Notes: generated by a model from the letters alone, not told the origin. Numbered from the stretch's first letter, positions 8,823-19,431 are shown. The stretch: 64,000 bases of DNA from Candidatus Uhrbacteria bacterium (GCA_016188355.1 JACPHY010000015.1:1040-65039); one strand, 5' to 3'. Made by a program: numbers and translations.

Positions 8823-10670
8823 GCGCTCGCGTGCCGGACGCGCACTGTATTCATGTCTCCTATTGCTCCTGCCGTTCCCCCATCTCCTGCGGCTCTCACC
8901 GCACCCATGGGATCGCGTCTCCGACGACGCGGCGCCCGACCACCGCATCGTGGCCGACCACGACCCGTACCACAAGCCGCTGCAGTGCCCACGGAACACG
9001 CACGTGACGTCCTCCGCGTCATTCCGATTGGCGGCTGTGACGAAGTCGGGAAAAACATGACCATCCTCGAGTACGGGAATGATATCCTCATCATGGACAT
9101 GGGGGTCATGTTCCCCGAGGAAGACATGCCCGGAGTGGACTTCATCATTCCGAACATCAAGTACCTCAAGGGGAAAGAGAAGAACATTCGCGGCATCTGT
9201 ATCACCCACGGCCACTTCGACCACATTGGTGCCGTGAGCTATCTCGCGCCGCGCCTCGGGAACCCGCCCATCTTCGGCACACCCCTTACCCTCGCGCTCA
9301 TCAAAAAGCGCCACGAGGAATTCCGAGTGCAGCCGCTCCGGCTCCATCCCATTCATCCCGGAGAACAAATCCAGCTCGGCTGCTTCCGCGTGGAGGCATT
9401 CTACGAGAGCCACAACATTCCGGATTCCGTTGGACTCATCGTCCAAACACCGCACGGCATCGTCGTGAATACGGGTGACTTCAAATTTGACCTCGCCCCG
9501 CTCGGCACCACCCCCGGCGATATCGCAAAGGTGGCCGCACTCGCCGATAAGCACGTGCTCGCGCTCCTCTCCGATTCCACCGCCGCCGAAAAACCGGGGC
9601 ACCAAATCTCGGAGTCGGAGATCACAAAAACCCTCGACCAAATCGTCAAGGATTCTCCGGGGCGCATTATCGTGGGCCTCTTCTCGACGCTCCTCTCGCG
9701 CATCCAGCAGCTCCTCTGGATTGCCGAGAAGCACAATCGCAAAGTCGCGATCGAGGGGTTCTCCATGAAAACGAACATTGAAATCGCGCGCGAACTTCGG
9801 TACATGCAATACCCGAAGGGGCTCATCATAGAAACCGCCGAACTCCTGAAACTCCCTCCGGAGCACCAGATGTTCCTCGTGACCGGCGCCATGGGACAGG
9901 ACCGTGCCGCGCTCATGCGCATCGCGAATCGGGAACACCAGCTCCTGGAGATTGAACCAGGCGACACCGTCATCTTCTCGTCCTCCGTGATTCCGGGAAC
10001 AGAGCGCTCCGTGCAGCGCCTCAAGGACAACGTGGCACGACAGGGCGCGAACGTCATTCACTATCAGATGATGGACGTGCACTCCGGTGGACACGGACTG
10101 CAGGATGACCTGAAGCTCATGATTAAGCTCGTGAATCCGCAGTACTTCATTCCCGTGCACGGCAACTACTCCTTCCTCGTGACCCACGGCAAACTCGCGC
10201 AGCAGGTCGGCATCCCCAAGGAAAACGTGCTCATTCCGGAGAATGGTCGCGTGATCACCTTTGACCGCACCGGTGGCCGCATGACCAACGAACGCGTGCC
10301 CGCGGAACACGTTATGGTGGATGGACTCGGCGTCGGCGACGTCTCCGAAGTCGTGCTCCGCGATCGTCAGCAGCTTGCGGAGGACGGCATGCTCGTCATC
10401 ATCGCCACCATCGAACGGGAAACCGGCGCACTCGCCACGAACCCCGATCTCATCTCCCGCGGATTCGTCCACCTCAAAGAATCAAAACCGCTCCTCGAGG
10501 TGGTACGGCAGAAGGTGCGGGAAATCGTGGAATCCAGTGGAGACGCAAAATCTCGCAGCGGCCCTATCGAGCCCTATCTCCGCACAAAGATCCGCGACGA
10601 AATCGGTAACTTCCTGTTCCAAAAAACAGAACGCCGCCCAATGATTCTGCCCGTGGTCATCGAAGTATAA
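8823..10670 (+). CDS. rnj: ribonuclease J (metallo-beta-lactamase / beta-CASP RNase)
   Basis: VIPIGGCDEVGKNMTILEYGNDILIMDMGVMFPEEDMPGVDFIIPNIKYL...GICITHGHFDHIGAVSYL (HxHxDH motif) plus beta-CASP and C-terminal domains. The ORF-track start at 8457 would overlap tRNA-Leu, so the ATG at 8823 (MSPIAP...) is used. Confidence 0.9.
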   Translation, partial: ALACRTRTVFMSPIAPAVPPSPAALTAPMGSRLRRRGARPPHRGRPRPVPQAAAVPTEHARDVLRVIPIGGCDEVGKNMTILEYGNDILIMDMGVMFPEEDMPGVDFIIPNIKYLKGKEKNIRGICITHGHFDHIGAVSYLAPRLGNPPIFGTPLTLALIKKRHEEFRVQPLRLHPIHPGEQIQLGCFRVEAFYESHNIPDSVGLIVQTPHGIVVNTGDFKFDLAPLGTTPGDIAKVAALADKHVLALLSDSTAAEKPGHQISESEITKTLDQIVKDSPGRIIVGLFSTLLSRIQQLLWIAEKHNRKVAIEGFSMKTNIEIARELRYMQYPKGLIIETAELLKLPPEHQMFLVTGAMGQDRAALMRIANREHQLLEIEPGDTVIFSSSVIPGTERSVQRLKDNVARQGANVIHYQMMDVHSGGHGLQDDLKLMIKLVNPQYFIPVHGNYSFLVTHGKLAQQVGIPKENVLIPENGRVITFDRTGGRMTNERVPAEHVMVDGLGVGDVSEVVLRDRQQLAEDGMLVIIATIERETGALATNPDLISRGFVHLKESKPLLEVVRQKVREIVESSGDAKSRSGPIEPYLRTKIRDEIGNFLFQKTERRPMILPVVIEV

Positions 10671-10750
10671 ATCCGCACCGAACACTTGACGCGCCCACCG
10701 TACCATCGTACGGTGGGCGCGTTCATTCCCAACAGAAGGAAGGAAAGCTC

Positions 10751-11326
10751 ATGCTACTCTACGCGGCACTGCTCCTGTCGATCGGCATGCCCGTCGTCGG
10801 GTCATTCGATCCTCCTGAAGATTTCGTTGCGGACTGCGATGCCCATGTGGCGACGTTTCAGGTCACCTACGCAACGCTCGGCGAGAATCATCGTGCGTTC
10901 TGCGTGGTCCGAAAGGACACGCTGCCCAGTCCACCGCTCCGTCACGCATGCGTGCAGCTTCGTATGTCACTCGTGACGCTCAGCCGAGTCCTCGTCGAGG
11001 CTCGACGGGCGATCGTCGCCGCGCGACCGAAAGAGCGCACCCCACTCTCCCCTGATCATGGAGCGGATCCCATCACTCGAGAGCACCACGAGGTCATGCA
11101 TCGTACATTCCAGGATATGCATGCCACCATGCTGGCTGCCATCGAACGTCAACTCGAAGTCGTACGCGCATTCGCGAATCACTTCGGTCGTACACACCCC
11201 GCCATTGATCAGGCAAACGATCGTTTCGCGCACGTCGTACAGCAGCTCACTTCCGGCATCACACGTGCTCGACGCATCAATCTGCATCTCGGACACCCCG
11301 AAGCACCGCCACATACAGAGGAGTAG
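10751..11326 (+). CDS. hypothetical protein with signal-like N-terminus
   Basis: MLLYAALLLSIGMPVVGS hydrophobic N-terminus; no recognisable motifs. Confidence 0.35.
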   Translation: MLLYAALLLSIGMPVVGSFDPPEDFVADCDAHVATFQVTYATLGENHRAFCVVRKDTLPSPPLRHACVQLRMSLVTLSRVLVEARRAIVAARPKERTPLSPDHGADPITREHHEVMHRTFQDMHATMLAAIERQLEVVRAFANHFGRTHPAIDQANDRFAHVVQQLTSGITRARRINLHLGHPEAPPHTEE

Positions 11327-11335
11327 AGAACACGC

Positions 11336-12088
11336 ATGATGTACCGGCAGATCATTACGCTGCTCATCCTATTGCTCGGCATCAGCGCACTGCCATTGAC
11401 TGCGCATGCGCACGATGAAGCGCCTTGGCGTGGTCCACGGTTTTCCGTAGAAACGCGCACGCATGCCGGCAAATCATTCCGCATCTTCCATGGCGGCGCG
11501 ATGGACTTCACGACGACGCGCCCGCAGCACACCAATACACGCGTCCTCCTCATGGTGGCGGGAACCTACACCAGCCCACAGAACACCGCGGAAGGACACA
11601 TCATTGATCACGGTACTGCGCAACATCGCACCTGTGATCTCAGCTGTCGGAACTGGAACGCAGTGGCGATCATCGAATCCGGGTACGTGCGCATCATGCG
11701 TCAAGACGCCGAAGCGCTCGAACGATCGCGTCTCCTCACCGAAGTCATTCGATCTCGAGGATCGCTCATCCAAGGACACCTCCTCGTGGAGCATGGCGTC
11801 CCGATCCGTGGATACGCTCGTGGCCGACCGTACCATCGTCGCGCGCTCGCTACCATGGACGATCGCCTCCGCATCGGCGACATCATCGAGAGCGCTCAGC
11901 CGCACACGAGCCTCTCCGATTTCGCCAAGCACCTCGCCGCGCTCGGGTACCGCAATGCGATCAACCTCGACATGGGCGCGTGGGATGAGGGTTGGTATCG
12001 CGATCCGAACACCGGAACCATCCATCCGATTGGCCAGATACGCACGGCAACCAACCGCCAGACAAACTGGATCATCATCCGGAAATAA
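11336..12088 (+). CDS. secreted hypothetical protein, possibly phosphodiester-glycosidase-like
   Basis: Signal peptide MMYRQIITLLILLLGISALPLTAHA. C-terminal AINLDMGAWDEGWY loosely resembles the NLDGGGS motif of the phosphodiester glycosidase family; weak. Confidence 0.45.
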   Translation: MMYRQIITLLILLLGISALPLTAHAHDEAPWRGPRFSVETRTHAGKSFRIFHGGAMDFTTTRPQHTNTRVLLMVAGTYTSPQNTAEGHIIDHGTAQHRTCDLSCRNWNAVAIIESGYVRIMRQDAEALERSRLLTEVIRSRGSLIQGHLLVEHGVPIRGYARGRPYHRRALATMDDRLRIGDIIESAQPHTSLSDFAKHLAALGYRNAINLDMGAWDEGWYRDPNTGTIHPIGQIRTATNRQTNWIIIRK

Positions 12089-12276
12089 TCATTCCCGAAC
12101 AGGCGATCTGTAGCACGTGCCGCATCAACGGCGCATGGGGGTCGATTCCGAATTCGTTCGAAGGGTATCCGCAGTAATCACCACACCGAAGCCTCCGATC
12201 TCCCATAACCGCACCCACACAACCCCCGCACCATTTCGGTGCGGGGGTCACTCTCTGCCTCCTCATCACACGATCA

Positions 12277-12720
12277 TCATGGAGCATGAGCTCGCATCGG
12301 CTCGGGCGGTGTGACGGGAATGAGTTGCGCCGACCATTGAATGCCGGGTGGTCCCTCTTGGTGCAGTATGCTCTCCGAGCGCATCTCCTGATTGAGTACC
12401 GGGAGATAGCTCGGCACCGCACTCGACGGATTACCCGGAAGATAGTCCAAAGCACCCCCCAAGCGAATCGTCGATGACACGGGCGCGGACACAGGTGGAA
12501 ACGAGAACTCAAAAACGTTTGCAGTGACTCCCGAATCGGAACCATCAGGCATCACTACGACGGGCGATGACGGCAATAATCCTTCATCCGGTAAAATCCG
12601 CACCCCACGCGACTCATCCACAAAACTCGAGAGCGACTTCGCCGCGATCACGGTCGCAGAGGTCGCAAAGAGCACCACCCCCACCACGAGCGCCATCTCC
12701 TTCCCGTACGGAAGTTGCAT
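12277..12720 (-). CDS. hypothetical membrane-anchored Pro/Ser-rich protein
   Basis: N-terminal TM ALVVGVVLFATSATVIAA followed by a Pro/Ser-rich extracellular region. Confidence 0.4.
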   Translation of the reverse strand: MQLPYGKEMALVVGVVLFATSATVIAAKSLSSFVDESRGVRILPDEGLLPSSPVVVMPDGSDSGVTANVFEFSFPPVSAPVSSTIRLGGALDYLPGNPSSAVPSYLPVLNQEMRSESILHQEGPPGIQWSAQLIPVTPPEPMRAHAP

Positions 12721-13902
12721 AGATGCGCAAGAAAAGTGAGCCGCCCACCATTGAGCGTAGCCCTATGGAATCAGTATATCACGAATATTGGCCAAAAAGT
12801 GCTCTGTCCGTTTCGTAACATTCACCAAACAACACACCAGGCGTTCTGCGCATATTCCAGCCGCCCGAATAATGCATGGGAGGAGACCGTGCAAGGTGTA
12901 TTGTTACGTTTCAAGGGCATTGACTCAACGTGCTGCACGTGCTATGGTTCGCGCAGTTCACTCGAAAGGAGCCCCTTACCAATGGACACCACGAAGCCAA
13001 TTTCGCATTGGCGCCACACCTGGAACGAACTCCGCGTGAAGGGCGAAATGATCATCGGGTCCATTCCCGCTGCGATCGCCGTAATCACCGATCCGCCACG
13101 GGCGCGAGGCATCCAGCTCCAGCTCAAGAACATCGAACGCTGGGAGGCCACTCCGAGCACCAAACAAGCAGACGGTCGCCACACGCTCGTCGTCTTCAAC
13201 TGCACGGCATGGCAGCCGGAACGCAAGCATCACTACGTCGATGGCGACGGCGAGCTCCGCGAAAGCCGCATTGAAGGGCACCGGTACGATTGCCGTATCG
13301 CGATCAATGTCGCCCGCGAGCGCATCGATCGCGGCCTCTATACGAGCGGTCACCTCTTTCACGAGGAGCACCAGGGCTCGGGCATGATCGGCGTCATGCT
13401 CTTCGCCGCGCCAGTGCTCCTCCTCAGCACGCCGATCCTGTATCCGATCTGCAAATACCGCGCATGGCAGGAGCGACGCGATGGCATGTCCCGTCACGGC
13501 CGCGCCATCCTCGATGCGCTCGCCCCCGATCTCACGCCCGACGACACCGCGCTCCTCGCGCGGGCGCTCCGGAACACCTGGTCACAAGATCAAGCAATGG
13601 AGCGCACCGTCACGTTCGTCGAGGCACAGCAACTGCTCCAGCAATGCACGCTCCGTCGCACCGAGTTCGCTCCACACAAATTCGATGGCTCAATCACCGG
13701 CGCGGCATGGTTCGATGGCCACGGCGACTGCGTGGCGCGCGACACCCGTAACGCGCGCGCGACGAGCGAGCAGTTCTCCATCCGCGTCCTCGGCACCGAG
13801 TTCACCGGTGGCCAAGCCCGGATGCTCCTCGAATGCTACCGAACCCAGACCGTACGCCATCTCGGGAACGATGCAGAAGCTGAGGATGATGACATCCCAT
13901 AA
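12715..13902 (+). CDS. hypothetical protein with one internal TM segment
   Basis: 395-aa ORF, TM MIGVMLFAAPVLLLSTPILYPI; no family recognised. Many overlapping alternative-frame ORFs in this stretch are high-GC artefacts. Confidence 0.4.
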   Translation: MHRCARKVSRPPLSVALWNQYITNIGQKVLCPFRNIHQTTHQAFCAYSSRPNNAWEETVQGVLLRFKGIDSTCCTCYGSRSSLERSPLPMDTTKPISHWRHTWNELRVKGEMIIGSIPAAIAVITDPPRARGIQLQLKNIERWEATPSTKQADGRHTLVVFNCTAWQPERKHHYVDGDGELRESRIEGHRYDCRIAINVARERIDRGLYTSGHLFHEEHQGSGMIGVMLFAAPVLLLSTPILYPICKYRAWQERRDGMSRHGRAILDALAPDLTPDDTALLARALRNTWSQDQAMERTVTFVEAQQLLQQCTLRRTEFAPHKFDGSITGAAWFDGHGDCVARDTRNARATSEQFSIRVLGTEFTGGQARMLLECYRTQTVRHLGNDAEAEDDDIP

Positions 13903-14010
13903 GGATGCTACACCACGGCGCTCGCCCACTCTGGGCAGCGCCGTTTTCATTGTTTGGTTCCAGAGAACTAGCAGATGCCTCATTCTCCACTTACCATAGG
14001 GGAAGCACCT

Positions 14011-15009
14011 ATGATCATCCTCTCTGGCATCCAACCCTCAGGCAGGCTCCACATTGGCAATTACCTTGGCGCGGTCCGCAACTGGCTCACGCTCCAGGAA
14101 GATGCGGCAAACGCCTGCCGATTCTTTCTCGCGGATTGGCATTCGCTCACGGAAGCGTTCGATCCCACCACGAAAGCCGCACAGGTACGGGAGCTCGCAG
14201 TAGAGCTGCTTGCGCTCGGAGTGGATCCGGAACGCGTCGTCTTCTTCCGGCAATCGGATATCCATGAGCACCTGGAACTCGCATGGTATCTCACGTGCGT
14301 GACGCCCGTCGGTGAGCTGGAGCGCATGACGCAGTTCAAGGACAAAACCGCACACGGGGAATCCCCCAGCGTCGGCCTCTTCACGTACCCCGTCCTCATG
14401 GCGGCGGATGTTCTCATGTACCGCACGAATGCCGCGGAACCCGTCCATGTGCCGGTGGGCCATGACCAAGTGCAGCACCTCGAACTCACGAATGATCTCG
14501 CACGACGATTCAACAATCGATTCGGGGCGACGTTCCCGGAAGTGCAGCCGCTCCTCACGAGCACCGCACGCGTCATGAGCCTCAAGGATCCCACCCGGAA
14601 AATGTCAAAGTCCCATGGCCCGGATCACTGCTTGTTCCTCAATGATGCGCCGGAGGAGGTGGAGCGCAAGTTGCGGAGCGCGGTGACCGATGTGGGATCG
14701 CCCACATCTCCCGGGGACATGTCCCCAGGCGTTGCCACGCTCTTCTCGATCCTCGAGGCATTCGGTACGCCGGACGAGATGGCGCACTTCCGCGCACAGC
14801 ACGCGAACGGCACGATCAAGTACAGCGAACTCAAACCTGCAGTCGCCCGCGCATTTGCTGAGTATTTCGGCGCGTTCCGCGAGAGCAAGCGAGCGCTCCT
14901 CGCCGATCCCGCCCGCGTCGATGCCATCCTCGCGCAGGGAGCCGAGCGCGCGCACACGCTCGTGGCATCAACGATGCAGGCAGTGCGCACCCGCGTCGGC
15001 ATCCGGTAG
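14011..15009 (+). CDS. trpS: tryptophan--tRNA ligase
   Basis: MIILSGIQPSGRLHIGNYLGAV (HIGH motif) and KMSKSHG (KMSKS) at positions typical of TrpRS; 332 aa. Confidence 0.9.
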   Translation: MIILSGIQPSGRLHIGNYLGAVRNWLTLQEDAANACRFFLADWHSLTEAFDPTTKAAQVRELAVELLALGVDPERVVFFRQSDIHEHLELAWYLTCVTPVGELERMTQFKDKTAHGESPSVGLFTYPVLMAADVLMYRTNAAEPVHVPVGHDQVQHLELTNDLARRFNNRFGATFPEVQPLLTSTARVMSLKDPTRKMSKSHGPDHCLFLNDAPEEVERKLRSAVTDVGSPTSPGDMSPGVATLFSILEAFGTPDEMAHFRAQHANGTIKYSELKPAVARAFAEYFGAFRESKRALLADPARVDAILAQGAERAHTLVASTMQAVRTRVGIR

Positions 15010-15093
15010 CGTGCTCCACACCGCATCCGTGCCCCTCCCCCGGAGGGGCACGTTTCGTTTGACGAGCAGATATGACCGAGCTACCTTTAGGCC

Positions 15094-15681
15094 GTGTCCC
15101 AAACCAATCGCACCTGGCCGCCACCCCCGCCAACACTCCCCCGAACGCCCATTCACATCCGTGGTGATCAACTCCGCCTCTACCTCGATCTCCTCGCCGC
15201 CATTCGCAGTCCGATCTGGCATGGCCCCAATCCGCCAGAAGTTGTGTTCGGTTTTTCCCGATCGCGCACATACCATGCCCTCGAGCAGTGCGGCTGGACC
15301 GCAGACGTCTGGCGACGCATCGCCGCCTATGAGGCAGCGCCGACATGCACGCAAGAGGATACGATCGACCCGAGCGCTCCGTACCGGCTACTCCCCTGGG
15401 CACGCCAATGCATCGGCGCCATTCCAAACGAACAGCTCCGCGCAATCGCTGTGGACGTGCCGCCACTCTGCGGAGATCAGTTGCTCACCGTACTGCATGA
15501 AGCTATCGGTCTCCAGTACCAAACCACCGGACGGATCAATAGCAATCACGCACGGATGCATGCCGGACGAGCCGCAGAGGCCACCATCGCACTTTTCGCC
15601 GCACATGAGCATGTGCTCCGCGCTATCGCAGCGGGCGAACTCACCGAGGACATGATTCGCGTCACCGAACCCATCCCGTAA
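15094..15681 (+). CDS. hypothetical protein
   Basis: 195-aa ORF with coding-like composition; no motif. Confidence 0.35.
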   Translation: MSQTNRTWPPPPPTLPRTPIHIRGDQLRLYLDLLAAIRSPIWHGPNPPEVVFGFSRSRTYHALEQCGWTADVWRRIAAYEAAPTCTQEDTIDPSAPYRLLPWARQCIGAIPNEQLRAIAVDVPPLCGDQLLTVLHEAIGLQYQTTGRINSNHARMHAGRAAEATIALFAAHEHVLRAIAAGELTEDMIRVTEPIP

Positions 15682-15766
15682 CACGACGTTCCGATAGGTA
15701 CTCCGTACGAGCAGCGCCCGCAAAGGACAACGACCGACCATCATGGGTCGGTCGTTTTGCTTCACC

Positions 15767-16204
15767 TCATTCTTGATGCGCGAGGGACGCATGGGCATCC
15801 GCATCCACCTCGAACCCAATGAGTCCATAGAGACGCGCCAGCCGCTGATGCAGCTCGCGGCGTATCCCGACTGGCAGCTCGGTCAACGTGAGCGCAATCC
15901 GATACACGGTGATCGCGTGATGCCATTCGCCCGATTCCGTTAACGTGCTCGCGAAAGCAGCGTAACGAGCATATGCGCGATCCCCTTCACCTTGTCGCGC
16001 GAGTCGATTCGCCTCCAGGAGCTGCTGCTGGTATTGGGTCGGTTGATCCCGCGTCAGCCGCTCACGTACTGCTAACTGGTCCACGATGCGCATCCTCCCG
16101 CAACACATATCGCGACACTGGCACCACCGTAAACCACTCTCCCGCTCCCGCCAAGCCCCATCCGTCTGGGCCGCATCGTTTTTGTCGATACACATCGGCA
16201 TCAC
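15767..16204 (-). CDS. hypothetical helical protein
   Basis: 145-aa ORF, Ala/Leu/Arg-rich, helical-repeat-like. Confidence 0.35.
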   Translation of the reverse strand: MMPMCIDKNDAAQTDGAWRERESGLRWCQCRDMCCGRMRIVDQLAVRERLTRDQPTQYQQQLLEANRLARQGEGDRAYARYAAFASTLTESGEWHHAITVYRIALTLTELPVGIRRELHQRLARLYGLIGFEVDADAHASLAHQE

Positions 16205-16294
16205 TGCCCGCCGCGTGCCGAAACTCCTGCGCGCGAAGACAGGATCATGGAAACATGACAGGTGGCTGTCCGAACTGGGCAGCCGCTTTTGCGA

Positions 16295-17302
16295 TTACAA
16301 ATTCTGTGGACCAAAGTCGAACGGAAGGAGTGCACCGAGCGTCGTGCGCTCGAGCGCCCAGAGGTCGCCGTTTGCACGGAGCTTCGCACCGAGGATCTCC
16401 GTCTCTGGGTTCCCGAACTCCCGGATCCACTGACGACAGATGCCGCACGGGAGCGCGTGCTGATGCTCCCCCTCGGCCACCAACGCGACCGCAATGGCCT
16501 GGATCGGCCACACGCTCGGCGGCTCCGTGCAAGGATACTCATTCACCATTCGCACGATCGCCGCCTGCTCCGCGTGAATGCCAGCGTACACGGAATTCTC
16601 CACGTTCGTACCAACAATCGGTGCGCTCGTCGGCTCACGGGTGAGCGCGGCGCCAACCTGAAATTTCGAGTACGGTGCATGGCCGAACCGCCGCACATTC
16701 ATCGCCGCGTCGAGCAAGACGCGAAGCTCAACATCCCGAACGAGTTCATTGGTCAGCGCATCTCCGGTGTACACCTGGAGACCGAAAGAGTCCCCCCGGC
16801 ATCCCGCAGCAGGCGGTAACCGTGTCATCGACGCGCAGAACAACGCTCCCGACGTCGTCTTCTCCACCTGCCACACCGTCGCCAACGGATCCGACCGTAG
16901 CATGATCCCGAGTACCGGGGTTGTGGCATCCGTATACCTCCGCAACCATTTGCAGCAATCGGCACACGGCAGTGCACTATCCCCCGAGTTCGGTGCCAGC
17001 GCCATGGTGATCACGGCGTGGATCGGCCGCTCATCCCCAGGCGCATGCGATGCACGCGCATCGCGCTGTACGACGGCATGCGATATTGCATGTACGACAC
17101 GATGCGCTGGTGGTGCCGCATACCCCACGAAATAATCCACGCCATCCCAGAGCACCGCGCTCATCATCTGCGGATTCGCGACCACCATTCGATCTAATGG
17201 CTGACGCGCGAGCCGAATCATCTCCACGAGCGTCGGCATCGGGATACCGCACTGCGCGAGATCCTCTGCCTCGTGATCCTTTCGAATACAAATGAGCTCC
17301 AT
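16295..17302 (-). CDS. cdd: two-domain cytidine deaminase (E. coli-type CDA fold), catalytic module C-terminal
   Basis: C-terminal module has the zinc ligands VYAGIHAEQAAIVRMV and LPCGICRQWIREFG (HAE and PCxxCRQ). The N-terminal module retains PCADCCKWL but lacks HAE (degenerate/broken domain). Confidence 0.7.
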   Translation of the reverse strand: MELICIRKDHEAEDLAQCGIPMPTLVEMIRLARQPLDRMVVANPQMMSAVLWDGVDYFVGYAAPPAHRVVHAISHAVVQRDARASHAPGDERPIHAVITMALAPNSGDSALPCADCCKWLRRYTDATTPVLGIMLRSDPLATVWQVEKTTSGALFCASMTRLPPAAGCRGDSFGLQVYTGDALTNELVRDVELRVLLDAAMNVRRFGHAPYSKFQVGAALTREPTSAPIVGTNVENSVYAGIHAEQAAIVRMVNEYPCTEPPSVWPIQAIAVALVAEGEHQHALPCGICRQWIREFGNPETEILGAKLRANGDLWALERTTLGALLPFDFGPQNL

Positions 17303-17449
17303 GCGTACTCCTCTGCCGAAACCATCGGCGATGGTAGCGTACCTCGCGCGATGACATGCATCAAGATCCCCCTCAAAATCCCCAGGCGCGCAACAAGAGA
17401 CGCGACAGCTGTTCGGTTTTTGTTCGCTTTTATGCTACCCTATCGATGT

Positions 17450-18661
17450 ATGGACATACCACTCGCGGAGCGCATGCGGCCGATCACACTCGCGGAATTT
17501 GTTGGCCAAGAAAAACTCATTGGGCCGAAGGCATTCCTCCGCAAGGCGATTGCGGAGGATCGCGTGCCGTCCATGATTCTCTGGGGGCCGCCCGGGAGCG
17601 GCAAAACGACGCTCGCGCGGATCATTGCGCACGAAACACGTGCAGAGTTCGTCGCGCTTTCGGCAACGGGGAGCGGGATCAAGGAGCTCCGGGAAATCTT
17701 CACGCGCGCCGAACAACTCCATCGTCTCGGGGGTAAGACGATGCTTTTTATTGATGAAATACACCGATGGAACAAGGCACAGCAGGACGCGCTCCTGCCA
17801 CAGGTGGAGTCCGGCATCGTCACGCTCATTGGTGCGACCACGGAGAATCCAAGCTTCGAGGTGAACTCGGCGCTCATTTCTCGTGCGCGCGTGTTCGTAC
17901 TTGATCGCTTGGAGGCAACGGATATTGCCGCGCTCCTCCGCCGCGCGCTTGCGGATGCGGAGCACGGGCTCGGCGCAACACCCATCAAGGTCCCCGAGGA
18001 CGTCATCGCCTTCATTGCGGCCATGGCGAACGGCGATGCACGGATGGCACTGAACACCCTCGAAGCGGCAGCGGCCGTGGGGAAACGCGTGACCATCGCC
18101 CTCGTGAAAGACGTGCTCCAAAAATCCCACCTCCTCTACGACAAAACCGGCGAGGAACATTACAACGTCATTTCCGCGCTCCACAAATCCATGCGCGGGG
18201 GAGATGCGAATGCGGCGGTGTACTGGCTCGCACGCATGCTCGAGGGTGGCGAAGATCCTCTCTACGTTGCCCGACGGCTCGTCCGATTCGCTTCCGAGGA
18301 CATCGGCCTCGCGAATAACACCGCGCTCGTGCTCGCGAATGCGGTATTCGACGCGTGCCACAAGCTTGGCATGCCGGAATGCAGCGTCCACCTCGCACAC
18401 GGTGTCATCTACCTCGCGAAATCACCGAAAGACGTTCGCGCATATTTTGCATACACCCGTGCGAAACAGGACGTCGAGGAACACGGCAATCTCCCCGTAC
18501 CCCTCCACATCCGCAATGCGCCCACAAAACTCATGAAAGAACTCGGCTACAGCAAGGAATACCGATACCCGCCCACCGAGGAGAGTGCCGATCAAACATA
18601 CTTGCCGCCGGAATTGGAGGGGAGGAAATATGTGGAGAACGAAGAGCGACCGCGAACGTAG
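17450..18661 (+). CDS. rarA: replication-associated recombination protein A (RarA/MgsA AAA+ ATPase)
   Basis: MDIPLAERMRPITLAEFVGQE...PSMILWGPPGSGKTTLARIIA...MLFIDEIHRWNKAQQDALLP...VTLIGATTENPSF and the C-terminal MgsA helical domain. Start at the ATG at 17450. Confidence 0.9.
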   Translation: MDIPLAERMRPITLAEFVGQEKLIGPKAFLRKAIAEDRVPSMILWGPPGSGKTTLARIIAHETRAEFVALSATGSGIKELREIFTRAEQLHRLGGKTMLFIDEIHRWNKAQQDALLPQVESGIVTLIGATTENPSFEVNSALISRARVFVLDRLEATDIAALLRRALADAEHGLGATPIKVPEDVIAFIAAMANGDARMALNTLEAAAAVGKRVTIALVKDVLQKSHLLYDKTGEEHYNVISALHKSMRGGDANAAVYWLARMLEGGEDPLYVARRLVRFASEDIGLANNTALVLANAVFDACHKLGMPECSVHLAHGVIYLAKSPKDVRAYFAYTRAKQDVEEHGNLPVPLHIRNAPTKLMKELGYSKEYRYPPTEESADQTYLPPELEGRKYVENEERPRT

Positions 18662-18825
18662 TCGAGAGATTTCACTCTACGGCATGCACCATCATGCGCT
18701 CATGTGAGATCCTTCGCTTCGCTCAGGATGGCGCCAAAAAACAGACATCGTCACGATGGGGAAGATCACTCGACAGGAACGACCAACCACTTGACCGCGC
18801 CCCATTTCCGCCGTACACTCCAATC

Positions 18826-19312
18826 GCTGCGGGTGTCCGGGTGATCGCCCTATCGCAAGATAGGGAGGAAAGTCCGAGCACTTTCGACTCGGAAGAGTCG
18901 TGACATGAGGTAGTCGTTAACGACGACGGGGAGCGACGAGATTGGAGAACGCGCTAGCGCCTTCAATGTCGCCAAGCCCACGGAAGTCCGCCGGTGCAGG
19001 CGGACGTGCGTCTCCGGGCAACCGGAGGGATCCCGCGTGCGGGGCATCGGACTTCGCACGTGACGACCGCAACAGAAAAAATACCGCCAAGGCTCCGATC
19101 CTGAACGCCTTGGTAAGGGTGAAATGGTGGAGTAAGCGCCCACCGGCGCCGCGGTGACGCGGCGAGCATGGCAAACACCTACCCAGTGCAAGGGGAGTAC
19201 CCCCGCTTGAGCCATGCAGTAATGCATGGCCCAGAGAGATGATCACCACCCGCGGAGGACGCGCAAGCGCTCTCCCGCGTGGGACAGAACTCGGCTTACA
19301 CGACACCCGCAG
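18826..19312 (+). ncRNA. rnpB: RNase P RNA, bacterial type A (rnpB)
   Basis: P1 helix gctgcgggtgtc (18826-37) pairs with gacacccgcagc (19301-12). P4 strands agGGAGGAAAGTCCGagc and ACAGAAcTCGGCTTAc. J11/12-P12 region GGTAAGGGTGAAAtGGTGgaGTAAGcGCcCACC. gcAACAGAaAAaAtACCGCC. No ORF of significance in the region. Confidence 0.85.
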
Positions 19313-19350
19313 CATACGAAACCCCGGAATATCTCCGGGGTTTCGTATGC
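19311..19350 (+). terminator. hairpin terminator after rnpB
   Basis: gcatacgaaaccccgga-atatc-tccggggtttcgtatgc: 17-bp perfect stem immediately after the RNase P RNA 3-prime end (no T-run). Confidence 0.5.
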
Positions 19351-19431
19351 ATGACTTCTCTGCATTCGCTCTCTCCAGCCATTGCCATTTCCCTTCCACA
19401 TGATACGGTACGATGTCGGTAGCAGTACCCT

